From the IMG/VR virus record IMGVR_UViG_3300031820_000003, positions 1 through 64,000 of that record: 64,000 nucleotides of DNA; one strand, written 5' to 3'. Of this stretch, positions 19,558 to 28,674 are shown in pieces. Position 1 is the stretch's first letter. Each line of letters begins with the position of its first letter. Made by a program: the position numbers and the translations under genes. Source of the DNA: a virus (lineage: Duplodnaviria; Caudoviricetes). Below the pieces are notes generated by a model. That model worked only from the letters and a program-made list of their open reading frames with translations, searched no databases and was not told where the DNA came from.

Positions 19558-20084
19558 GAATTCACATCGACGGCTGTTGCCGTTCCATCAGCGGTGGTTG
19601 TGATGGTGATCGCCGTGTTGACTGCGCTCGATGGAATGCAAGGAAAGAAGTTCTGCGTGAGCGGCTGACCCGCAGCGGCGGTCGAATTGAGCTGATAGAC
19701 TTGGGACGACCCGATAAGCCCCGCAACAGTAATGGGCCCAATGGCAGCCGTGCCGCCGATCGCGGATACGTTGAACCCACAGATATAGGTGAATTTCCCA
19801 GATGCCGCCGCCAGCGTCCCAACCACGGCACCGGTCGTGCCGGCAGCATTTCCGGTGATCGGCGTTGCGCCCGGCGGATAACCAGCGCCAAGCGTTCCCG
19901 CCACCGGCGAAGGATTGGCAACCTGCAGAGGATTGCCGGAATTGACTGCGCCGGATGCAGTATAGGGAACGATGGGGACGCAATTGGCACCCGTCGGCCC
20001 CGTACAGGAGGTCGTCTGCCCCCAAGACAAAGAGACCGCCGCGAGCAGCGCCGCGACGGCCAGGACGAGACGAGACAGCCTCAT
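19539..20084 (-). CDS. Signal-peptide beta-rich putative decoration protein
   Basis: Leader MRLSRLVLAVAALLAAVSLSWG-Q; Cys pairs. Confidence 0.6.
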   Translation of the reverse strand: MRLSRLVLAVAALLAAVSLSWGQTTSCTGPTGANCVPIVPYTASGAVNSGNPLQVANPSPVAGTLGAGYPPGATPITGNAAGTTGAVVGTLAAASGKFTYICGFNVSAIGGTAAIGPITVAGLIGSSQVYQLNSTAAAGQPLTQNFFPCIPSSAVNTAITITTTADGTATAVDVNSWGYQQ

Positions 20085-20103
20085 CGGCCAACCCCCCGTT
20101 GGA

Positions 20104-20715
20104 TCAGTAGAACGTGTACTGCACCGAAATATTGATCGATGCCGAATTGCAGGCCGTATGACAGACCACAAGGATTTGGTCAGCCGCCGGCACGCCGCCG
20201 TTGGCAAACACGCGCGTCAGAGCCGAGTCGGGAACCACAACGGTGTTGTTGGCGCTCAGCGCCTGCGCGGACACAAAACGCGTGGCCGAGCCGGAATCGC
20301 CGATGTCGACGCCACCCGTTACCGCATTGCCCGCGGTCTCCTCGAGGACGATCGCCGTGATCATCCCGTAGGCCGGCAGCGTGATCGTCGAGGTCGCCGC
20401 CGTCGTGTTCGCCGTGATGGCTTGCTGCTGGATGACGAACGTATTGGGACCGAAGTAGAAGCCCTGGCTGAGAAAGAAGCCGATATCCGATGCGGCGATG
20501 ACCGCACAACCGGCGCCGTTGAGCGTATAGGACGGTTGCGGCGTGGCGGTCGAGGAAGAGTTGACGACAACGCGCGGGCCCGGCACTCCGACCGACGGCT
20601 CGGCCGCACACATGACGGCATGCGTGGTCTGGGTGGTCGCGGCCGCGTGCGCATCATGCGGCGCAATCAGCGCCAGAGCGGAGGCCGCAAGAAGCAGTAA
20701 TTTGCGCAGGTTCAT
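20104..20715 (-). CDS. Signal-peptide jelly-roll capsid-decoration-like protein
   Basis: Leader MNLRKLLLLAASALALIAPHDAHA-A; LPAYG.I..I..DIG.S..RFV pattern typical of cement proteins. Confidence 0.6.
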   Translation of the reverse strand: MNLRKLLLLAASALALIAPHDAHAAATTQTTHAVMCAAEPSVGVPGPRVVVNSSSTATPQPSYTLNGAGCAVIAASDIGFFLSQGFYFGPNTFVIQQQAITANTTAATSTITLPAYGMITAIVLEETAGNAVTGGVDIGDSGSATRFVSAQALSANNTVVVPDSALTRVFANGGVPAADQILVVCHTACNSASINISVQYTFY

Positions 20716-21221
20716 GGTCGTGCCTCCAGTTCACCAAATTGGGGATCGCGGCGGCGGGCCTCGGCAAGGTCCGCATTACCCTCGGCCAACCGGCGCAGGT
20801 TTTCGGCCTGTCCATGGCCGGGCTTCATGCCCGCCGGCAAACCGCCGTTCTTGAGCTTCTCGTAACCGCGGGTGCGGCTCGAGATGCAATAGCGATCGGG
20901 ATCGCGAGTCAGCGTGTCCTGCGCATCGCAGGACCACTGCATGATCTCGTAGGGCCCGCCATAGCGCTTCTCGAAATCAGCGTAGTCGAGCTTGGCCTGC
21001 TTGTAGGCCTTGAGCTCCGATTCGTAGTCGGCCTTGGCCTCCGTGAATTCGATCATGGCCAGGTCGTACTCGGGGTCGCCTTCCTTGCCCACCGGGGCCT
21101 TCGGGCGCTTGGGCGCGGCCGGCTTCGAAGGGCCGAGGTCCCACAGAAAGACATGCATGAGCCGGTTGTCCGACTCGTTGTTGCTGGTGACCCGAATGCC
21201 CTCACTCATCGCCGCGTTCAT
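20712..21221 (-). CDS. Hypothetical head-region protein
   Basis: 169-aa ORF coupled within the late operon. Confidence 0.6.
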   Translation of the reverse strand: MNAAMSEGIRVTSNNESDNRLMHVFLWDLGPSKPAAPKRPKAPVGKEGDPEYDLAMIEFTEAKADYESELKAYKQAKLDYADFEKRYGGPYEIMQWSCDAQDTLTRDPDRYCISSRTRGYEKLKNGGLPAGMKPGHGQAENLRRLAEGNADLAEARRRDPQFGELEARP

Positions 21222-21444
21222 CCTCTGCGTCTAGGCGCTCCTGCGCCCGCTCGGCGGCGACTTCCTTCTCGATCTCTGCATCGAGCTTCCAGCGCTGCGG
21301 ATCGACGTCCAGTGCGTGCCGGGCGTCGCTCGCATGCATGCGATGCGCGACCGGCTGCTTGTGCCGCGCTTCCGGAGGACCGTGGTCATAGATATCAACC
21401 AGGTCCTGCGGCAGGAGGCGATGCTGCGGAATGTGTGCCATCAT
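21202..21444 (-). CDS. Hypothetical head-region protein
   Basis: 80-aa coupled ORF. Confidence 0.55.
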   Translation of the reverse strand: MMAHIPQHRLLPQDLVDIYDHGPPEARHKQPVAHRMHASDARHALDVDPQRWKLDAEIEKEVAAERAQERLDAEDERGDE

Positions 21445-21962
21445 TCCCTCGGCAGTACGCAGACCATCGCGCGGAACGTGATCGAGCCCGAGTTGGCGAT
21501 GACCACATAGAGCTTCACGAACTGGTACTTGATGTTGTTCTGCTCGTTGGTGAACGGAATCTCGTAGCGCGATCCCCCGATCGACGGCGGGGCTGCGGTG
21601 ACGAAGCCGTTGGGCTGGTCCTGCGAGGCGATGGCGCCGAACTCCATCATGCCAAGCTGAATGGCCTTACCGGCACCGAAGCCCGGATCATTCGAGCCCA
21701 CGATGATCAGCTTCTCGGAAGACGTTCCCGAGGTGGTGACCGCCGTCAGGTCAATGACAGCTACCGCGTCGATGCGCGGCTGCTGCGGCGTGATCGTGCT
21801 CGAGTCCGCAATCGAGGGCAGCGTGATCGTGACGCCCTGGTTGCCGCCGAGATCGACCAGGCCGTCGGCGCCGGCGTACTGCGCGTAGCCCGAGGCCGTG
21901 ACGGCCGCTGCGCCGTCGGAGAGGCCATTGTTTGCGTCAAAGACGTAGGTTCTGTCACCCAT
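21441..21962 (-). CDS. Capsid cement protein (BPP-1 Bbp16-like)
   Basis: D..NGLSDG..VTAS, VDLG, beta-sandwich pattern; directly after the major capsid gene. Confidence 0.7.
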   Translation of the reverse strand: MGDRTYVFDANNGLSDGAAAVTASGYAQYAGADGLVDLGGNQGVTITLPSIADSSTITPQQPRIDAVAVIDLTAVTTSGTSSEKLIIVGSNDPGFGAGKAIQLGMMEFGAIASQDQPNGFVTAAPPSIGGSRYEIPFTNEQNNIKYQFVKLYVVIANSGSITFRAMVCVLPRE

Positions 21963-21986
21963 CGGGGCCTCCGTTTGTGCGAGCGA

Positions 21987-22940
21987 TCAGGCGACGATCG
22001 GCGCGTTGGTCCATGAATCGAGCCGCCCTAAGCAATATTTGTGCTCGTCGACAAGGCCGACGTCCCAGGCGATGTGAGTGCGATAGGTCTTCCGGTCCTG
22101 CAGCAGGCCGACATCCTCGGGCGTCAGGTTGCGCACGTAGATGCCGCGCAGCATGCCCTCACCGAGGGTGAGGGCGTAAAGCGAAGCCGTGACAGCCGAA
22201 CCACCGCCGTTGCCGACCTCATTGAACTGCAGCACCGGCACCTGGTCGTCCTTCGGGTAGCCCCAAAGCAACTTCAGGCCCGCATAGCTGATCTTGGGCA
22301 TGCCGACCTCATCCCAGGTCTGCATGACGAAGCCAGACAGCGTGGTGGTGCGCGCCGCCTGAATCCACAGCGGCAGCGAGATGAAAGGAACGAAGATGTA
22401 GGTGGTGCCGGACTTGCGCGAGATGTTGTTGAGGAACTGGTCGAGATTGGCGAGCGACAGCGCGGCGCCGCCGGAAGCGGTCGAATTGTGAAAAAGCCGG
22501 CCGAACTTGCGAGCGCGGACCTGCAGGCCGTTGAACACGCGCGGGTTGGTCGACTGATCGCCCTTGACGAAAGTGTCGACCCACAGACGCGCGAAGGCCG
22601 TGATACCCATGCGCTCCTCGTAGTTCCGGCGCTCCGGACCGTGACGGTCCTGAATCGCACGGTCGACGTCAACGTCGTGATCGATGATGTAGGTCGCCTC
22701 ATCGAACGGCGTGATGCTGCCATGCCCGGAGCTCGACGCCTCGTTGACGGCGCGGAACTGCGGCACCGGCAGAACCGACTCGCGGTAGCCGACATATTTG
22801 GAGCCGCGCAGCCCCTCGAACGGCATCACCTCGAAGATGTCACTGTACTGCGTGAACATCTCGATGATCGTGCGGCGGATGTCCTCATTCGAGAACCCCT
22901 TCGCATACTCGGTCAGGGTGATCAGATTGGAGACAGCCAT
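21987..22940 (-). CDS. Major capsid protein (HK97 fold, BPP-1 Bbp17-like)
   Basis: ITLTEYAK, MPF.G..Y..E..LP..FRAVN, DVDRA motifs; 317 aa; after the scaffold gene. Confidence 0.88.
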   Translation of the reverse strand: MAVSNLITLTEYAKGFSNEDIRRTIIEMFTQYSDIFEVMPFEGLRGSKYVGYRESVLPVPQFRAVNEASSSGHGSITPFDEATYIIDHDVDVDRAIQDRHGPERRNYEERMGITAFARLWVDTFVKGDQSTNPRVFNGLQVRARKFGRLFHNSTASGGAALSLANLDQFLNNISRKSGTTYIFVPFISLPLWIQAARTTTLSGFVMQTWDEVGMPKISYAGLKLLWGYPKDDQVPVLQFNEVGNGGGSAVTASLYALTLGEGMLRGIYVRNLTPEDVGLLQDRKTYRTHIAWDVGLVDEHKYCLGRLDSWTNAPIVA

Positions 22941-22957
22941 CGCTCAATTCCTTTCGC

Positions 22958-23173
22958 TTAAGACTTGCTTGCGCTCGAGGAATAGATCCACGAGCCGAGA
23001 CTGGTATTGGCCACGCCGGCTTGACTGACGCCGATGATCGACCCGGAAGTCTTGGTGCCCTGCGCACCACCGATCTCCTGCGCGGCAATCTCGAGAACGC
23101 GGCGCAGATAGGCAGCCTCGGACGACTTCTTTTCGAAGCTCGGATCATTGATCGTGATGGTCAGGACGGTCAT
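22958..23173 (-). CDS. Hypothetical protein
   Basis: 71-aa ORF between scaffold and capsid genes, coupled start/stop. Confidence 0.55.
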   Translation of the reverse strand: MTVLTITINDPSFEKKSSEAAYLRRVLEIAAQEIGGAQGTKTSGSIIGVSQAGVANTSLGSWIYSSSASKS

Positions 23174-23991
23174 CAGTTCCTCGCGTCTCCGTTACGCTGA
23201 AACTGCGATTGATCGAATTGCCGCGTGTAGTCGAGCCGCTCCCGTGGCGACATCTTGGCGAACTGCTCGTCACTGACCTTGCCGGCCGGTGGCGGCGGCT
23301 CGCGACCGCTGGAGCGCGGTGCTGCGCCGCCCTGGCTGGTGAAGCGCGTGATAAGCCCCTCAAATGCCTGAACGTCGGCCGCGGTAAAAAGACGGCCCTT
23401 GAGGCCGCCAACCCCCATGGCATCGAGCCATGTGTTGATCGCAGTCACGCGCGCCGTGCCGGTCGCGCCGAGCTTGGCGATCTCGGCATTGCGGGCATTC
23501 TGCACCGCCTGCGCAGTCCCGATCTTGTCACCGGCGATCAGCGCAATGCCTTCGGAGAAAGCTTCCTTGCTGAGCCCGTGCTTGAGCGCCCAGGACCTTG
23601 CCTGCGTCCACAGCGGATCATCGGACTTGATGTCGAACTGCACACCCTCCGGAGGCTTGAAGCTTTCCGGCAGCTTGAGCTCGAAATCCTCGGCCTTTTG
23701 CGGCCGCGAGAGCTTGGCGACATCCTCGGCAGCTACGCGCGCAGTCAGCGCATTGACGTGCTCGCCGAATTCCTTGTCCCTGATCTTGCTGGCGGTCGCA
23801 TCCCAGAACTGCTCGGGGATGTAATCAGGACGCGCTACCGTTGCCGGTGGAGTTGTTGGAGACGGGGGTGTCGGTGTCGTTCCAGCCGGCGACGACGGAG
23901 TCTGGGGTGACGCGGCGGGCGGCGCCGCGGGAGCGGGAGATGGCGCGGGGCTCGGCGCGGGTGAAGGTGACGGTTGCGGCGTGTCGACCAC
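23173..23991 (-). CDS. Capsid scaffolding protein
   Basis: Pro-rich N-terminus, RPDYIPEQFWD, C-terminal MSPRERLDY. Confidence 0.8.
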   Translation of the reverse strand: MVDTPQPSPSPAPSPAPSPAPAAPPAASPQTPSSPAGTTPTPPSPTTPPATVARPDYIPEQFWDATASKIRDKEFGEHVNALTARVAAEDVAKLSRPQKAEDFELKLPESFKPPEGVQFDIKSDDPLWTQARSWALKHGLSKEAFSEGIALIAGDKIGTAQAVQNARNAEIAKLGATGTARVTAINTWLDAMGVGGLKGRLFTAADVQAFEGLITRFTSQGGAAPRSSGREPPPPAGKVSDEQFAKMSPRERLDYTRQFDQSQFQRNGDARN

Positions 23992-24199
23992 TTGCTTGCA
24001 TTCCCTCGGCCATCAGGCCCATCAATTCGGCCGCGAAACTGCGGCGGCCTTCATTCCTCGGCAACGCACATTCATGAGTTGCTGGTGTAGTGACAGCGCA
24101 CAAGACTTTCTGCAGATAGCGATAAAGCAACTCACCGTCCGCAGTGCGCGCAATGCGATCGAGCGCCTGATGCATGTCGTCGTCGGTAATCTCGATCAT
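23825..24199 (-). CDS. Bbp19-like protein
   Basis: DG..LY.YL..NEGRRS.A..LM pattern; immediately after the portal gene. Confidence 0.65.
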   Translation of the reverse strand: MIEITDDDMHQALDRIARTADGELLYRYLQKVLCAVTTPATHECALPRNEGRRSFAAELMGLMAEGMQASGRHAATVTFTRAEPRAISRSRGAARRVTPDSVVAGWNDTDTPVSNNSTGNGSAS

Positions 24200-25782
24200 G
24201 CGGCAGGGCCAGGCGTTTCATTGGGCGCCTGCGAGACATGCCGCGCGCCGGCAAGCGCGGTGATCTGATCGATAATCGCCTTGCGCTGCTGCGGATCGCG
24301 AAACTTGATCATGGTCACGCGCATCTTCTCGATGATGGCCTTCATCGTGCTCTCGCCGTCGACCGCCATCTTGAACTCTTCCGGGAATGTCGGACCGACG
24401 ATCTGCAACGCCTTGACTGCCATGCCGACCTCCTGCTGCTCGGCCGCCGCCTGCGCCGGATTGCGCGGCATGGTGGCGATGGCGCGGCCGTCGACCGTCA
24501 CGGGCTGGATCGTGCCGGCCTTCTCGAGCAGGAACTTGAAGCGCAGGAAAATCGCCGCCGGGACCTCGCGCCAGAACGGTAGGCCCGGCGTGCCGATGCG
24601 CCGCTGTGCGCGCGCCATCTCATCGAGCCACTGGCCGAGCGTCGGCGGCGTATCGCCGCGCTGCTCTGGCAGGTCGACATAGAACAGCTTGCGCGTCGCC
24701 TTGACCTTCTCGGCATAGTCGAAGTTCGCAACGTCCGGCTTGGGTGGCGTGTAGATCGCCTTGACCGATCCTTCGGTGCCCGGCCGGATCGGATAGGCCA
24801 TGCCTTCCTCGACGCCCTGCTCGACTGCGGCAAACGAATCGTCCGGATAGGTGATGGGCGGCTTGATCGACAGCGCCGCATTCTCGATGCGCATCGAGTC
24901 GAGCTCGTCGATCTGCCGAAAAGTAGGAAGCGCCTGGATCATCGGGCCGATACCATGCGGCCAGTCAGCGGTCGGGTTGAAGCGGCCGACGATCAGCGGG
25001 CAGGAGCCCTCGCCCTTGAGCTGCGCATCATGCACGAGCTTGTTGCCGACCAGGACCGTGTGCTGCCAGACCTCGTCCGACTTGTCCTCCCAGATGCGCC
25101 AGAACCCCCAGCAAACCTGCGTGCGCTGCGATGGCTTGTCCTCGCAGGTCTTCTTGACCTCGACATCCATCTTGTCCCAGATGTCTTCCCCAACGAGCTC
25201 GCGCACATAATGGTTGCGGGTGAAGCGCACGGCAAAGCGTGTATCGATCTCGCCATAAGGGCCAAGGTCAATCTCGAGCTCCCGCAACGGGATGGCCGAG
25301 ACCACGATTGCCTTGGCCGGATGCGGCCGCTCGATCCACAGGCCGACGGTGCCGATCGCCAGATCAGGATAGAAGGCCTTGGTGATTTCCGGGTAGAGAT
25401 TCGAAGCCTTCATGGCCTCGAAAATCTTCTTGTCGTCCGCCTTGATCCTGTCCTTGACCTGCTTCCAGACCGGTCCCTCGCGGCCGCCGGGCAGGTCCAT
25501 CCCGGGCCCGCGCTCGCACCATTCCTGCGCCTCGGGCATGAAGGTGTTGACGATCTCGGTCACGAAGTCCTGACAGATCAGGAACGCCTGGTCGGTGTTG
25601 AGCTCGGGCGCATCCAGCATGCGCGCCTGCGAGGGCTGCACCGCTGAGCTGATCTGCCGCTGTCGGTTCGGAGCGGTGAAGAAATAGCATTCCTTTAGAT
25701 CGAGCTCGACATACGACTTCCAGGTCCGACAGCCGGCCAGCCGCTCGACCGCCTTCTGCTCGAGTGTGTTTTCCTCGGGCAT
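24196..25782 (-). CDS. Portal (head-tail connector, T7 gp8 type)
   Basis: 528 aa; DLAIGT, RF....WP.G.GP..ALP, P.I..DD motifs. Confidence 0.9.
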   Translation of the reverse strand: MPEENTLEQKAVERLAGCRTWKSYVELDLKECYFFTAPNRQRQISSAVQPSQARMLDAPELNTDQAFLICQDFVTEIVNTFMPEAQEWCERGPGMDLPGGREGPVWKQVKDRIKADDKKIFEAMKASNLYPEITKAFYPDLAIGTVGLWIERPHPAKAIVVSAIPLRELEIDLGPYGEIDTRFAVRFTRNHYVRELVGEDIWDKMDVEVKKTCEDKPSQRTQVCWGFWRIWEDKSDEVWQHTVLVGNKLVHDAQLKGEGSCPLIVGRFNPTADWPHGIGPMIQALPTFRQIDELDSMRIENAALSIKPPITYPDDSFAAVEQGVEEGMAYPIRPGTEGSVKAIYTPPKPDVANFDYAEKVKATRKLFYVDLPEQRGDTPPTLGQWLDEMARAQRRIGTPGLPFWREVPAAIFLRFKFLLEKAGTIQPVTVDGRAIATMPRNPAQAAAEQQEVGMAVKALQIVGPTFPEEFKMAVDGESTMKAIIEKMRVTMIKFRDPQQRKAIIDQITALAGARHVSQAPNETPGPAA

Positions 25783-26114
25783 CAGCGGCCCGTCAGCGGC
25801 GAGATGCTGGAGCCGCTCAAGGCCAGCCGCGAGCCGTAGCGCGAGAGAAGCGCGGCCATGTCGCCTTGCGTCTGCAGCTGCAGGGAATCGATAAGATTGG
25901 CGTGCGCCTGGTTCTGCTCAGCCTGCAGGTTCGGATCGGGCGGCAAGAGCGGCGATGTGCCCGACTGCAACTGCTGGGCCTGCTGCTGCTCCTGGATCTG
26001 CGCAGCCTCCACCGCACCCGTCCCCGGCGGGGTGACTGCTCTCTTGACCGTCTCGCCCAAGCGGAATGCCTCCGTTGCGCAGGCACAATCGCCAGGGCAT
26101 CCACGCTGGGGCAA
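25782..26114 (-). CDS. Hypothetical Gln-rich protein upstream of the portal gene
   Basis: ORF coupled to the portal start. Confidence 0.5.
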   Translation of the reverse strand: MPQRGCPGDCACATEAFRLGETVKRAVTPPGTGAVEAAQIQEQQQAQQLQSGTSPLLPPDPNLQAEQNQAHANLIDSLQLQTQGDMAALLSRYGSRLALSGSSISPLTGR

Positions 26115-26120
26115 CGCACG

Positions 26121-26582
26121 TTAGCTTATGGCAAATTCACCAAAAGCTTGCTTGGCATGAATCAATCGCGCGGAACCAGCCTCCTCTTTTGAGGAAAAGA
26201 AACCGATGTGTCTATTCTTCCCATCGACTGAGATCATAGCCCTCCATTTGTTTAAACGCGGAACAAAATGAACGCCCTTGAACCCGGACTTGTTGTTGCG
26301 GTAAATATTCGTATTAGCTTGATTTTGGCCGCGCGTAGCCAATCGAAAATTGTTCCATTTGCTATTCGATGAGTTTCTGTCGATATGATCAATCTCCCGA
26401 TTGGGAGGCTCTCCCTTCATAAAAATCCAAATCAAAATCGACTTCCGATAGTATTTGTCACCGACTTGAACATTCTGAGAGCCATGAAACCGACCATTAC
26501 ATTTCCGAAAATCTCCAGTCTCAGGATCATATTGGAATAACCGCCTCACTGTCGCCGCCGGCAGAATGTTCTTTGGCCTCAT
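26121..26582 (-). CDS. HNH homing endonuclease with C-terminal AP2 domain
   Basis: YDPETG, EIDHIDRN..N..NFRLAT..QN, SGFKGV..W.A.I..G.F motifs; AT-rich. Confidence 0.88.
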   Translation of the reverse strand: MRPKNILPAATVRRLFQYDPETGDFRKCNGRFHGSQNVQVGDKYYRKSILIWIFMKGEPPNREIDHIDRNSSNSKWNNFRLATRGQNQANTNIYRNNKSGFKGVHFVPRLNKWRAMISVDGKNRHIGFFSSKEEAGSARLIHAKQAFGEFAIS

Positions 26583-26994
26583 GCTTATCCCCGATGATCT
26601 CGCCACCATGGCGAAGGATGCATCGGTAAAGAGCATCAGGCCGCACAAGGGCAACGCACCTCAAGCCGAGAAGGTGCGCAATCGATGTGGTGCAGAAGAA
26701 GCCGAGACCGCGCGCGCCGCCGCGCCGGCGTGTCATCTTGATAATCTCGCAGCCGGCCGTGTAGCCCATCAGCGCTGACAGGCCGGCGGGATGCGGCAGG
26801 AGCGCGAGCTGCGTGCCGGACCACTGCACATCATAGATCAGCCACGCCTTGAAGCCCGGGACATACGCGAATGCGCTGACATGCTTGAAGCGCCCCATGG
26901 CGAGCCACGACAGCCAGCGCCGCGACGATCTGGTGTGAAAGACAACGTACCAGTCGGACGGCACGAAGCCGTCAGGCGTCGTGATCGGTTCCAT
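26527..26994 (-). CDS. Putative permuted papain-like (NlpC/P60) thiol hydrolase
   Basis: His motif KHVSAF precedes Cys motif FCTTSIAHLLG. Confidence 0.45.
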   Translation of the reverse strand: MEPITTPDGFVPSDWYVVFHTRSSRRWLSWLAMGRFKHVSAFAYVPGFKAWLIYDVQWSGTQLALLPHPAGLSALMGYTAGCEIIKMTRRRGGARGLGFFCTTSIAHLLGLRCVALVRPDALYRCILRHGGEIIGDKHEAKEHSAGGDSEAVIPI

Positions 26995-27181
26995 GTCCCA
27001 AAAAGAGTTTGATGCGCTCCCATAGAGGAAGCTTTTCATGGAACATCACGCCGTTTTCAAACCGGAATCTCCACCCCCGATAGGGGACATATTTCACAAT
27101 GGCAGGGTTCTTGGCCACCTCCACAGAAAACTCACGCGGAGATTTAATCGTCAGGATTTGATTGTAGCAATGCAGCATCAT
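26972..27181 (-). CDS. Hypothetical AT-rich protein
   Basis: 69-aa ORF coupled to the terL stop. Confidence 0.45.
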   Translation of the reverse strand: MMLHCYNQILTIKSPREFSVEVAKNPAIVKYVPYRGWRFRFENGVMFHEKLPLWERIKLFLGHGTDHDA

Positions 27182-28674
27182 GCCATCACTCTCCTCAGCG
27201 AGCGTCGCTCGGGCCGCATGCGTGCGGGCGCAACCGTTCCGACCGGCGTCAGGCCGATCATGCGCCGACCCTCGCCCAGGCCGATGCAGGCATATTGCAG
27301 GGCATCGGCGATGTGGCTGTATTTGTCCTTCGACGGCTTGAGCTCGCCCTGCTCGTCCTTCTCGTTGTGATATCGGCCCGCCATCGCGACCTTCAAGGTG
27401 CGGCAGAGCGGCGACAACAAAAACCGCGGCTTGCCCGATTCCATCTGATTGAGCAGGTTCGCCACCGCATCAATGCGGGTCGATATCATGTTCATCTTCA
27501 GGCCTGGCGGCGCCAGCAGATTGATGCCATTCGCCGCATAAATTTCATAGCCGGTACGGCCGTCGTTCACGCCCTTGTCGTTTCCCTTCGGATCGCCATA
27601 GCCACGATAGGGACAATCGGGGTAATGCTTGGTGAGGAACGCCTTGACCCGCGCCGCCGATTCCGTCGTCGACTGGTTCTGCCAAATGATCTCGTTCTGC
27701 ACATAAACCCGGTTGCCGATCATCTGCATGAAGACCGCACCCGCCGTGCGCCCGAAGTCGACGCCGATCACGACCTCATGGCCCGGCACGGGACGCAACG
27801 GCTCACGCGCCACATGCGTCTCGATGGTGAACATGGGCCAGACCGGCGAGCCGTCGACCACCAGCGCCACACGGTTCATCAGGCGCGAGTCGATCCACGC
27901 CTTCGACGGCGCACCGATGATCTGCTCCTGATAGTAGTTCGCCGGCAGGTTCTTGAGGTTCTCCGCAACCGGGTTGACCTTGTAGTCGCTGATGTTGCCG
28001 CGCTCGTCCCGCACCTCGATCAGAGCCGGCGGCTGCATGTGAAAGCCCCAGGTCGGCGGCCACTTGTAGCGCGCAAGCTCGTCGGCCTGCAGCCCCGCCG
28101 GCAACTCCACCTGCCCGGTCATGGCAGCCAGCCAATGATCCTCGTCCGGCGCGTTGGTATCGGCAATGACCCCGCTCCACGGAGAGGGCCCGCCGTGCTC
28201 GAGCGGCGGATAGCGCAGGCGCGAGCGAGCCTCGATGAAGATGTCCTGCCGGTCCTGGAAACCAAGCTCGTTAAAGCCGATGCCCGTGTATTCGGTGGAG
28301 CGCAGCTTGCGAATGTCCTCGTCCTTGTCGAGCGACATGAAGTCGACCACCGTCTCGACATCGCCGAACCTGATGCGATGCTGCATGACGGCCCCGTAGG
28401 TGAACCGCCCATAGACATCCTCCGGAAAACAGCGCAGCCAGGTGACGATCGTGGTGCGGCGCAGGTCCGGCATGGTGTTGCGGATCATGGCAAAGCGCGT
28501 GTGGCGGATGCCGTCGAGCGGCGACTTCACCTGCTCCTGCGCATGCCGCATGATGCGCAGACACAGCGCATAGGTCTTGCCCGAGCCGAGCGGCCCCTGA
28601 ATGACGTCCACATTGCGATTGGAAGTAACGAAGTCGCAGAGCTTGGTCCCGGCAACGAACTGGAAGGTGCTCAA
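27178..28674 (-). CDS. terL: Terminase large subunit
   Basis: Walker A GPLGSGKT, Walker B region GIGFNEL, RNase-H GVDFG and SHIADALQY. Confidence 0.93.
   Translation of the reverse strand: MSTFQFVAGTKLCDFVTSNRNVDVIQGPLGSGKTYALCLRIMRHAQEQVKSPLDGIRHTRFAMIRNTMPDLRRTTIVTWLRCFPEDVYGRFTYGAVMQHRIRFGDVETVVDFMSLDKDEDIRKLRSTEYTGIGFNELGFQDRQDIFIEARSRLRYPPLEHGGPSPWSGVIADTNAPDEDHWLAAMTGQVELPAGLQADELARYKWPPTWGFHMQPPALIEVRDERGNISDYKVNPVAENLKNLPANYYQEQIIGAPSKAWIDSRLMNRVALVVDGSPVWPMFTIETHVAREPLRPVPGHEVVIGVDFGRTAGAVFMQMIGNRVYVQNEIIWQNQSTTESAARVKAFLTKHYPDCPYRGYGDPKGNDKGVNDGRTGYEIYAANGINLLAPPGLKMNMISTRIDAVANLLNQMESGKPRFLLSPLCRTLKVAMAGRYHNEKDEQGELKPSKDKYSHIADALQYACIGLGEGRRMIGLTPVGTVAPARMRPERRSLRRVMA

Noticed and set aside
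2760-22940. Diversity-generating retroelement, suspected because the gene order is BPP-1-like
   Set aside because: No reverse transcriptase or Avd. The duplicated module differs at synonymous positions, not specifically at adenines, so it is not a TR/VR pair.
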